DNA from: a virus
Lineage: Duplodnaviria; Heunggongvirae; Uroviricota; Caudoviricetes
DNA: 16,579 nt
IMG/VR virus record: IMGVR_UViG_3300014205_000209
Reading direction: 5' to 3' (one strand)
Below, one piece after another: positions 7,390-14,117 of this stretch (its first letter is position 1; each line of letters starts with the position of its first letter). A program made the translations under genes and the position numbers. Under the pieces are notes generated by a model, which had not been told where the DNA came from, searched no databases, and was given only the letters and a program-made list of their open reading frames with translations.

Positions 7390-7875
7390 TTACCCCATTG
7401 GATTAAATAAATTTATCATTTCATCTTTTTTATAAATGTTTTCAGCTAAAGATGATCTTGGTTGCGCAAAATCATTTTGAAGTGTACTTTTATAATATAA
7501 AGCATCTATATCTACAGTTAATTTCAAAATTTCCAATATTTTATTTATTTGTTTTTTCAACAATTCATTTTCATATTTTAAATTAGATTCAATAATTCCT
7601 ATATTTTGATTTATTGTATCAAGATTAATTAAATTTTTTTGTATTAAAATTTTAATCAAATCATTAGTTAATTCATTTTTTTGTTTTTGTGATAATAAAT
7701 CAAATGTTTTATTTTTTTCTGATGAAAAAAAGTTGTTAAGAAAATCTATATCTTCATCAGATACATTACTATCTATAAAACGTTTTTGAAAATTAATACC
7801 AGTATCAGTAATTTCTATTTTAATTTCTTCTTCTTTTTTATTAGATTCTTTAAAAATAAAACCTAAATTAACCAT
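7390..7875 (-). CDS. Hypothetical protein
   Basis: 161-aa ORF in operon register; no motif recognised. Confidence 0.65.
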   Translation of the reverse strand: MVNLGFIFKESNKKEEEIKIEITDTGINFQKRFIDSNVSDEDIDFLNNFFSSEKNKTFDLLSQKQKNELTNDLIKILIQKNLINLDTINQNIGIIESNLKYENELLKKQINKILEILKLTVDIDALYYKSTLQNDFAQPRSSLAENIYKKDEMINLFNPMG

Positions 7876-7878
7876 TGT

Positions 7879-8097
7879 TCAATCTTTCACTTGACAAATT
7901 GCTGCTTTATACGTTCCTATCACAATTACATATTTTTTTCCTTCTAATTCTACTATTCCTACATAATTATTATTAGGGTCAGGTGATTCTATTCTATGTG
8001 TTAATACTATTTTTTGTATATCTGTAGTAATTTTTGATTTATGTGAATTATCTTTACATCCCATCAACAATATAAACAAACATAATAAAATTTTCAT
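7879..8097 (-). CDS. Small predicted lipoprotein
   Basis: MKILLCLFILLMGC lipobox; SD AGGAGG upstream. Confidence 0.75.
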   Translation of the reverse strand: MKILLCLFILLMGCKDNSHKSKITTDIQKIVLTHRIESPDPNNNYVGIVELEGKKYVIVIGTYKAAICQVKD

Positions 8098-8114
8098 TAA
8101 TTTCCTCCTACCAA

Positions 8115-8124
8115 AAATATCAAT
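8115..8124 (-). promoter_or_regulatory. Repeated ATTGATATTT element, copy 1
   Basis: ATTGATATTT-ttggt-AGGAGG-aaatta-ATG; identical 10-mers occur at 12671 and 15357. Confidence 0.6.
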
Positions 8125-8463
8125 TTAAATAAATAATTTAGCTACTTTTTTTCTAAATTGATCGAATTGAAAAGGTTTTGGTAAAATATCAACATTAGTA
8201 AAATCTTTCAATTGAAAATATCCTGAAGTTAATAATATTTTAACATTTGGATTTATTTTCCTTAATTCAATAATTACCTGATCACCATTCATTTTAGGCA
8301 TACAAAAATCAGTAATAACTGGTAAATGCTGATTCTCTAAAAAAAATGGTAACATTTCTGTAGGATCATTAAATTTAATTGCTTCTATTTCTAATTCTAA
8401 AAGAAATTCGTAAAATAATTCCAACAATACTAAATCATCATCTAATACAATTATTTTTTTCAT
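8125..8463 (-). CDS. Stand-alone response-regulator receiver (CheY-like)
   Basis: Acidic pocket VLDDD, phosphoacceptor ITDFCMPKMNG, TSG and ILPKPF; no output domain. Confidence 0.93.
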   Translation of the reverse strand: MKKIIVLDDDLVLLELFYEFLLELEIEAIKFNDPTEMLPFFLENQHLPVITDFCMPKMNGDQVIIELRKINPNVKILLTSGYFQLKDFTNVDILPKPFQFDQFRKKVAKLFI

Positions 8464-8465
8464 AT

Positions 8466-8786
8466 TTAATCTGAAAAAGAAACTTTATTAGTTTTTATTT
8501 TTTTGAATCCTTTCTTCAATAAAAACTTTTTAAATAAATCTGGATATTTATCATGATTTTTTAATCTTGTAATGGTATCTCCACCCTTCGTATAACTATA
8601 AATTACTGGTACCATAATGGTATGGTTAACATCTTCTGGATCATAATTATAACCTTCATTTTGAAGATTATAAAGGGAATAAAATTCTTTAAGTAATGAA
8701 TTTATACTGATTGAATCTGGACATTCAATAATGCAATCTGTTGTTGGAACATCAAAATCAGCATATTTTTCTATTTCTATATACAT
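8466..8786 (-). CDS. Hypothetical protein
   Basis: Track start is 8801. The ATG at 8786 has GAAAGGA 6 nt upstream and is preferred. Confidence 0.65.
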   Translation of the reverse strand: MYIEIEKYADFDVPTTDCIIECPDSISINSLLKEFYSLYNLQNEGYNYDPEDVNHTIMVPVIYSYTKGGDTITRLKNHDKYPDLFKKFLLKKGFKKIKTNKVSFSD

Positions 8787-8807
8787 TACTTTTCCTTTCA
8801 TTTATTA

Positions 8808-8837
8808 ATATATCATCTAATTATTTAAAAAAAGTTA
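8808..8837 (-). promoter_or_regulatory. Variant TGATAT element (T-tract-N-GATGATATAT) directly downstream of a terminator
   Basis: taac-T7-aaataatta-GATGATATAT-taataaatg-AAAGGA aligns without gaps to the 12671 and 15357 copies over the T-tract-to-core segment. Confidence 0.5.
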
Positions 8838-8839
8838 AA

Positions 8840-8882
8840 ATAAAAAAGAAAAGTCATAAAGTGCTTGTACACCTTATGACTT
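8840..8882 (-). terminator. Rho-independent terminator
   Basis: Minus strand AAGTCATAAGGTG-tacaag-CACTTTATGACTT (13-bp stem, one G-U pair) followed by TTCTTTTTTA, about 30 nt after the 8912 stop. Confidence 0.85.
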
Positions 8883-8911
8883 TAATACATGATTAATAAT
8901 GTATGAACTTA

Positions 8912-9157
8912 TTATGCTATTATTTCATTCCATTCAGGTTTTTCAAGTTCAACAAGTATTTCTGAATGAGAATAATCAATAAATTGTGTAATACTTGCTG
9001 GTTTTGTGCCTTCATATTTTAAAATTGTCTTAGAATGGTCATTATTCCATCTAAGTGTATTAAAATCTGTTTCAAGGCAATCTTCTATCATTTGTATGGT
9101 TAAATCAGCTTCCGGAATAATTACATACCTACGTTCTTCAATTCCATTAATTGGCAT
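8912..9157 (-). CDS. Conserved small phage protein (RYVII...TLRW..D.SKTILKYEG..P...YSHSEIL..L...EW type)
   Basis: Strong SD AAGGAG. The pattern recalls a widespread uncharacterised phage family often seen near virion genes (from memory, unverified). Confidence 0.75.
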   Translation of the reverse strand: MPINGIEERRYVIIPEADLTIQMIEDCLETDFNTLRWNNDHSKTILKYEGTKPASITQFIDYSHSEILVELEKPEWNEIIA

Positions 9158-9174
9158 TTTAAACTCCTTCTTTT

Positions 9175-9188
9175 TATTTAGTATTTAG
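9175..9188 (-). promoter_or_regulatory. Tandem CTAAATA x2, possible T4-like late promoter
   Basis: Minus strand CTAAATACTAAATA just upstream of the SD of 8912..9157; similar to the T4 gp55 late -10 element TATAAATA. Confidence 0.35.
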
Positions 9189-9228
9189 AGTAATATGTAA
9201 AAATATAAAACCAATAGAAAATTAGTTG

Positions 9229-9375
9229 TTATTTTTTGATTACAGGACACTTATCTTTACCAGGACAAAGATTAGCTTTTGGATTTATACATTTATCACA
9301 AATTGAGTATTCTTTTTCCGGAATAATCATTACATGATCAGCCCATCTTTCAGGTTTATTCAAATCATAAAACAT
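9229..9375 (-). CDS. 48-aa Cys-rich microprotein (C-x2-C-x7-C-x5-C)
   Basis: Not in the track. MFYDLNKPERWADHVMIIPEKEYSICDKCINPKANLCPGKDKCPVIKK; SD AAAGGA 7 nt upstream. Confidence 0.72.
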   Translation of the reverse strand: MFYDLNKPERWADHVMIIPEKEYSICDKCINPKANLCPGKDKCPVIKK

Positions 9376-9550
9376 TAGTTTTTCCTTTAAATTTCAAAAA
9401 ATCATTTTTAGATTCATCAGTGTTGTTAGAAAATAAACGTTTTGCATATTCAATGTCAAACATTCTTTCATTATTTTCTACAAATAGAATATTTTTTCCT
9501 TGTTTAATAGCTTCCTCTAACATTCTAAAATGCAAATTAGTTTTTAACAT
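9365..9550 (-). CDS. Hypothetical protein
   Basis: 61 aa, TAATG-coupled to the HD gene. Confidence 0.6.
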   Translation of the reverse strand: MLKTNLHFRMLEEAIKQGKNILFVENNERMFDIEYAKRLFSNNTDESKNDFLKFKGKTNVL

Positions 9551-10101
9551 TAATCACCTAAATAAAACCTTAATTGTAAAAATTTTAAAGTAACATTTAT
9601 TCCATTTATTAACGTTGTTTGTATTTCATTAAATTGTCTATTTTGTAATTCAAATAAGATATATGTTGTTTCAGACCAATATTTTTTAATAAATTTTAAT
9701 GGTACATCATCATGTTCCATAAATAAAACATTATGGTATCTATCTGCCAATTTAACAGTTAATGCATCATCTGACATATTTAACATCTTATTAGCTAAAT
9801 AATGCTTCTTTCCTAATTCTTTTACTTTGTTTGAATCACTTGATACTTCTAATACTATTTTTGCTATTTTTTCACCAAACATTTCTTTTATTTCATCATA
9901 AGTAGCATCTGTATCTTCCAAAGTATCGTGAAGTAATCCAGCAATTATTAGTGTTTCATTATGAGTTATATGTTCAAGTATTCTTGCGACTGCTTTTGGA
10001 TGTGAAAAGTATGGTAATGGTGGTTTTGTGAATGAACGTTGCTTATCACCATGTTTTTCTTTTGCATAGTTATAAGCTTCAATTATTTTTTGTTTTAACA
10101 T
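9550..10101 (-). CDS. Small alarmone hydrolase, Mesh1/SpoT-type HD domain
   Basis: YAKEKHGDKQR, PYFSHPKAVA, AGLLHDTLEDT and VKLADRYHN are the RelA/SpoT hydrolase signatures; no synthetase domain is present. Confidence 0.9.
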   Translation of the reverse strand: MLKQKIIEAYNYAKEKHGDKQRSFTKPPLPYFSHPKAVARILEHITHNETLIIAGLLHDTLEDTDATYDEIKEMFGEKIAKIVLEVSSDSNKVKELGKKHYLANKMLNMSDDALTVKLADRYHNVLFMEHDDVPLKFIKKYWSETTYILFELQNRQFNEIQTTLINGINVTLKFLQLRFYLGD

Positions 10102-10103
10102 AA

Positions 10104-10325
10104 TTATTTCTTTTCACGAAAAATTATTCTACCTTTTGATAAATCATAAGGTGAAAGTTCTAAAGAAACTTTATCACCTGGCATAATACGAATATTATTT
10201 ATTCTAATTTTTCCAGATACATGTGCTTTTACAATATGATCGTTTTCTAATTTAACATCAAATGTTGCATTTGCATGTGAAAGTATAACTTCACCACTCA
10301 TTTTAATTGAACCTTCTTTAGCCAT
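10104..10325 (-). CDS. infA: Translation initiation factor IF-1
   Basis: [13 protein letters not shown]...[49 protein letters not shown] aligns end to end with bacterial IF-1. Confidence 0.97.
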   Translation of the reverse strand: MAKEGSIKMSGEVILSHANATFDVKLENDHIVKAHVSGKIRINNIRIMPGDKVSLELSPYDLSKGRIIFREKK

Positions 10326-10785
10326 CTTTTTTCCCTTTATTTATTTCAGCTAGAATACTTTCACTTAAAAAACGTAAAAATTCTAAATGATCAACTTCTT
10401 TCCATTTTTCAATTATTTCATTTTTTTCTTTTTCAATATTAAATTCAGGATCTTTTGCAATCCATGGACATCCTGTTTCACTTCTTTCAACAATTGCATG
10501 TTCACTCATAGATTCACCTAATTTACATTTTTCTTCAAAATTTTCTTCTTCTGAAACTGATCTATTAGTACAAATTAAACAAGGTGACATTTTGTTAATA
10601 TTTTCTAACTCTGATTTTCTACATTGCATTTTAACATCTACTGTTTGTTTTAACAATTCTTTCATTTTTCCTTTAAACAAATTCATTTCATTTGTCATGA
10701 TAATATCAGGTACATTAAATTTGCGTAAAAAATGTAGTCTTACATAATTAAGCATTAATGATTGGAAAAGCATGCTGTTATTCAT
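10318..10785 (-). CDS. Hypothetical protein with Cys cluster (CLIC...C...CPW)
   Basis: Track start is 10809. The ATG at 10785 is ATGA-coupled to the HNH stop and is preferred. Confidence 0.65.
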   Translation of the reverse strand: MNNSMLFQSLMLNYVRLHFLRKFNVPDIIMTNEMNLFKGKMKELLKQTVDVKMQCRKSELENINKMSPCLICTNRSVSEEENFEEKCKLGESMSEHAIVERSETGCPWIAKDPEFNIEKEKNEIIEKWKEVDHLEFLRFLSESILAEINKGKKDG

Positions 10786-11048
10786 TTTTTCTTTTTCCTT
10801 TTCATACAAACGCTGTTGTCTTTACGTTTACTTATAAATTTAATCCATTTTTGCACTTTTTCATTTGCTAAAATTTTGTCTAATGTATTATATAAATATT
10901 TCAATTCTTGAATAGAAAATAATTGATGTAATTGATCTCCACATGGAGGACACACAGGTATTGTTTCAGTACCTTTTTTAACTTTTGGAGTTAAATGATG
11001 TTTTTCAATTACATCAACTTCTCTATTACAAATTGAGCATTCATTCAT
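10782..11048 (-). CDS. Small HNH-family (YisB-like) zinc-binding nuclease
   Basis: CSIC..EKHHLTPK..G...VCPPCGDQLHQLF..QEL...YNTLDKI...KWI. Likely start MNECSIC at 11048 (track start 11063). Confidence 0.8.
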   Translation of the reverse strand: MNECSICNREVDVIEKHHLTPKVKKGTETIPVCPPCGDQLHQLFSIQELKYLYNTLDKILANEKVQKWIKFISKRKDNSVCMKRKKKK

Positions 11049-12198
11049 AGTCATCATCTTCAATAATATTAAAATTTTTATTAAATTTTTGTTTTAAATT
11101 TAAAATTTCATATAATTTTCTAACTTCAGCTTTAATGGAATAATCAAATTTAATAATATCTTTAAATGCTTTACCTTTTTTTAGATTAAATAAAAAACTT
11201 GGAATAGAAGGATGATTTGTTTCATCTTTTATAGCTAAAGCAAATTCTTTTTGATTTTCAATATGCTTTAATTTATTCCATATTGTTTCTATATTTGAAA
11301 TGAATTTTTCAAATTCTTCTTTTATAAAACTAACATATATTTTATATTCAGGAAAATAAGATAAAAATTCTTCGTATTCATTTGACAAAACTAATGTTAA
11401 AAGTCTTTTAGCAGAAATTTTACCACCATCTCGAATATGTGCAATTGCAACATATTTTGGATTTTTACATTTTATCCTTTTAAAAGAACCTTCAATTTCA
11501 TAAACACCAACAAAACCTTCTTCAAGTGTTTGCAAAGTTTTTGTGTTTTCAACAACTTCAATCATTGATTCAAAATCATATTGAATAGGTCTATTGATCC
11601 ATGCTATTTTTGCCCAATCATCTAACCTTGAAGATGAATATTCATCACCATTAAGATTATGTCTTGCAGCTAATAATGAAATTTTTGTATCTGAATATTG
11701 TGTTACTATTCTATTTTCAGGAGATGTTAATTCAAAAACCCAAGTTATATTTGGATTTGATTGTTCAATAAATTCCATTATTTTAGTATTTTTAATAGCA
11801 ATTTTAAATAATTCAGCAAATGTTATAGTTCCGAAAGTTGTTAAACCTTCAGCAAATGCCATAGAACGTGTAGCAACATTCCATTTATCTTTATAATAAT
11901 AAACAGATATTAGTGTCCCATCTAATTTTTCAAAATATTTTGCTTTTTCCCATTGAAAAGTTTTTTCACATTCACCTTCACCTAAATTATAAAATCTGTC
12001 AAATGATCTAGCAACTACTTTCCAAGTATTTTTTTCCAAAATTAAAGCTCTACATTGATCACATATTTCATGAAATTTTGGTGATTTAATACCATAATTT
12101 AAAACTACAAGATCTTCATATTCATTAACCTTAATATCAAACTCATCTTTGAGCTTTTGTAAACTATTTTCTGAAAGATATTTTTGAATTGCTAACAT
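11041..12198 (-). CDS. RNA ligase, T4 Rnl1 family
   Basis: VLNY, CRALILEK..WKVVARSFDRFYNLGE, motif I EKLDGTLI, FELTSPENRIV, EEGFV and RIKCKNPKY. Confidence 0.92.
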   Translation of the reverse strand: MLAIQKYLSENSLQKLKDEFDIKVNEYEDLVVLNYGIKSPKFHEICDQCRALILEKNTWKVVARSFDRFYNLGEGECEKTFQWEKAKYFEKLDGTLISVYYYKDKWNVATRSMAFAEGLTTFGTITFAELFKIAIKNTKIMEFIEQSNPNITWVFELTSPENRIVTQYSDTKISLLAARHNLNGDEYSSSRLDDWAKIAWINRPIQYDFESMIEVVENTKTLQTLEEGFVGVYEIEGSFKRIKCKNPKYVAIAHIRDGGKISAKRLLTLVLSNEYEEFLSYFPEYKIYVSFIKEEFEKFISNIETIWNKLKHIENQKEFALAIKDETNHPSIPSFLFNLKKGKAFKDIIKFDYSIKAEVRKLYEILNLKQKFNKNFNIIEDDDYE

Positions 12199-12611
12199 AA
12201 TACACTTTCTATTTCAATTTTCTTTAATGCTATTTTATAATAATCAGTTTCACCTTTAACTGCTTTATAAATATCGAATGCTAATTGCAAATTTTTATCA
12301 CTTAAATCATTTCTATTAGTATCATTTCCTGAAAACCAACCAAAAGTAGCATCAAGAATAGATATCGTACATACCTGTTCATTTGAATCATCATCAACGA
12401 AGTCAATACATAATGTACCACCTGTATAATATATATTAGTAATCAATTTGCTTTTCTGAGGTGCTGATTCTTTGATACAATGTTCCAACAAATTTTCTAA
12501 AATTGGTTCAAGAAAATCATTTGTCAAAATTATAGTTGATTGTTTAATTGATTGAAAAGAATCATTTTGATGTTTAATTCCAAAAATAGTTGTAAAAATT
12601 TTTCTAAACAT
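12192..12611 (-). CDS. Hypothetical protein
   Basis: Track start is 12629. The ATG at 12611 has AAGGAG 6 nt upstream and is preferred. Confidence 0.65.
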   Translation of the reverse strand: MFRKIFTTIFGIKHQNDSFQSIKQSTIILTNDFLEPILENLLEHCIKESAPQKSKLITNIYYTGGTLCIDFVDDDSNEQVCTISILDATFGWFSGNDTNRNDLSDKNLQLAFDIYKAVKGETDYYKIALKKIEIESVLC

Positions 12612-12654
12612 TAAATACTCCTTTTTCATTTTCAGAAATATCAGTGATTTTCAT
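12604..12654 (-). CDS. 16-aa peptide ORF (possible leader peptide or gene remnant)
   Basis: MKITDISENEKGVFNV*; SD AAGGAG-aatt-ATG. Its end overlaps the SD and ATG of the next gene. Confidence 0.45.
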   Translation of the reverse strand: MKITDISENEKGVFNV

Positions 12655-12700
12655 AATTCTCCTTTGATATAAATATCAATAAAAAATTGCAAAAAAGATT
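12654..12700 (-). promoter_or_regulatory. Repeated element copy 2 (AATC-T6-N10-ATTGATATTT-N6-AAGGAGAAT)
   Basis: Near-identical architecture to 15341-15386; also contains the inverted repeat TTGATAT-aa-ATATCAA (12664-12679). Confidence 0.7.
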
Positions 12701-12710
12701 ATTTCATCCT

Positions 12711-13196
12711 TTATAACATTTTATCACATAATTCACGATATAATTTTGGAAAATTTGTAGTACTCATGGCTGCTTTTTGTAGAAATTCAAGCAAACTTAA
12801 TTTTTTTTCAATATCAATTCTAAAATTAGTTCTATCCCAACCATCTGGATCTAAAATTTTAACACCGATAAGTTTTGTCCATTTTTCTGGTTTGAAAATT
12901 TTGTTAGAATATTTAGAAATAAAATCATCAACTGATATTTCTTTAATCATAAATGGTTTTGAAATTTTCCATGCTCTTTCTATATGTTTTTTAACATTCG
13001 AAAGTTCACGTGATGCTAATTGCAATTGTGTAGCCAATTGACAACGATTATTTTTTAAATCTTCATTAGAATCTTCAATAAGTTTTTTAGAAAGATGTTG
13101 TATAAATTCTGCCAAAGCATCATATCTTAAATTTCCGACATCTACACTTAACATTCTAAGTGTACCTTTATATTTTATAACTTTTTTTGCGTGCAT
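12711..13196 (-). CDS. Hypothetical protein, probable two-domain fusion (GNLRYDAL helical domain plus ILDPDGWDR domain)
   Basis: SD AAAGGA; two motifs that I recall from separate small-protein families. Confidence 0.7.
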   Translation of the reverse strand: MHAKKVIKYKGTLRMLSVDVGNLRYDALAEFIQHLSKKLIEDSNEDLKNNRCQLATQLQLASRELSNVKKHIERAWKISKPFMIKEISVDDFISKYSNKIFKPEKWTKLIGVKILDPDGWDRTNFRIDIEKKLSLLEFLQKAAMSTTNFPKLYRELCDKML

Positions 13197-13437
13197 AAAA
13201 TTCCTTTCTCATACGTTCAAATTCTTCATCCATAAAACCAAAAAAATCAAATTTTATAGGATCATTATTGTTTTGTACACTAAGTAATGATTTTAATTTA
13301 TTCGATAAATCAGCAACATTTTGTGGTGTATTACCTGAAATTTCAATAGTTAAAATTTCACAATCTTTTGCTTTTACTTTAAATCGTGAAATTACTGTAC
13401 TTTTTTTCTTTTTCCAAAATTTGAGAAAATTAAACAT
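13168..13437 (-). CDS. Hypothetical protein
   Basis: 89 aa in operon register. Confidence 0.6.
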   Translation of the reverse strand: MFNFLKFWKKKKSTVISRFKVKAKDCEILTIEISGNTPQNVADLSNKLKSLLSVQNNNDPIKFDFFGFMDEEFERMRKEFYARKKSYKI

Positions 13438-13440
13438 TAG

Positions 13441-13767
13441 TTACTCCAAATAAAACGGTGTTGTATGATCCCCAGGATACATCATATCTTTATCTGCCTT
13501 CCAATGTCTTAAAGCTTCCATAAATAATGTGAAAGTAATATGACTGATAAATTGTTTTTCAGTTTCAGAAGCATATTTTATAAAATAATCACGATCTAAC
13601 CACCATTCAGGCAACATTGGATAACCTTTATAATTTTTAGCTGATTCAAAATATTTTTTTAATCTTTCAATAAATACCAAATATGAATCATAAATTTTCA
13701 ATTCAACATCATTCCTGATTGTACTTGTTTTTGCTTGATATTCATTTAATAATTCATCTTTTGTCAT
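13441..13767 (-). CDS. Hypothetical protein
   Basis: Track start is 13791. The ATG at 13767 has SD AGAGGA and ATGA coupling. Confidence 0.65.
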   Translation of the reverse strand: MTKDELLNEYQAKTSTIRNDVELKIYDSYLVFIERLKKYFESAKNYKGYPMLPEWWLDRDYFIKYASETEKQFISHITFTLFMEALRHWKADKDMMYPGDHTTPFYLE

Positions 13768-14117
13768 ATAATCCTCTTTAATTTTTTCCATGGTATATTA
13801 TTTTCGTCGGAAGAATAAATACATTTATCAGGTAAAACATAACTTGTTGATTTCAATGGAAAAGTATTACAATGTTTAGGTTTATTTTTTCCATGTAATT
13901 TGCACAAATTATTTTTAGATAATTGCGGACAACGATATGGAACAAAAAAACAATTAAACTCTTCGTTTTTACTTAAACATCTATATACCCTTATTTTTGT
14001 TACTTTTAATCTTTCTATAAATGCTTCATTAAACGATTTACTATCATGTTTTTCAAAATAAACCCACCACTTACAACATTCACCACATCTTTTCGGACAT
14101 TCTTTAATTGTTGACAT
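13764..14117 (-). CDS. YkgJ-family Cys-cluster (Zn/Fe-chelating) protein
   Basis: CPKRCGECC...CPQLSKNNLCKLHGKNKPKHCNTFP...C. Start moved from 14252 to 14117 to remove a 149-nt overlap with the ligase gene. Confidence 0.85.
   Translation of the reverse strand: MSTIKECPKRCGECCKWWVYFEKHDSKSFNEAFIERLKVTKIRVYRCLSKNEEFNCFFVPYRCPQLSKNNLCKLHGKNKPKHCNTFPLKSTSYVLPDKCIYSSDENNIPWKKLKRII

Noticed and set aside
9006-9188. Plus-strand 60-aa ORF
   Set aside because: Antisense shadow of the SD-led 8912..9157 gene; no RBS or motif.
9550-10101. HD protein as the RNA end-healing partner of Rnl1 (HD-Pnk type)
   Set aside because: Its motifs match the SpoT/Mesh1 HD clade and there is no kinase domain; kept only as a remote possibility.
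11594-11896. Plus-strand 100-aa ORF
   Set aside because: Lies wholly antisense to the RNA ligase catalytic region.
12766-13453. Plus-strand ORFs 12766..13041 and 13268..13453
   Set aside because: Antisense shadows of better-supported minus-strand genes.
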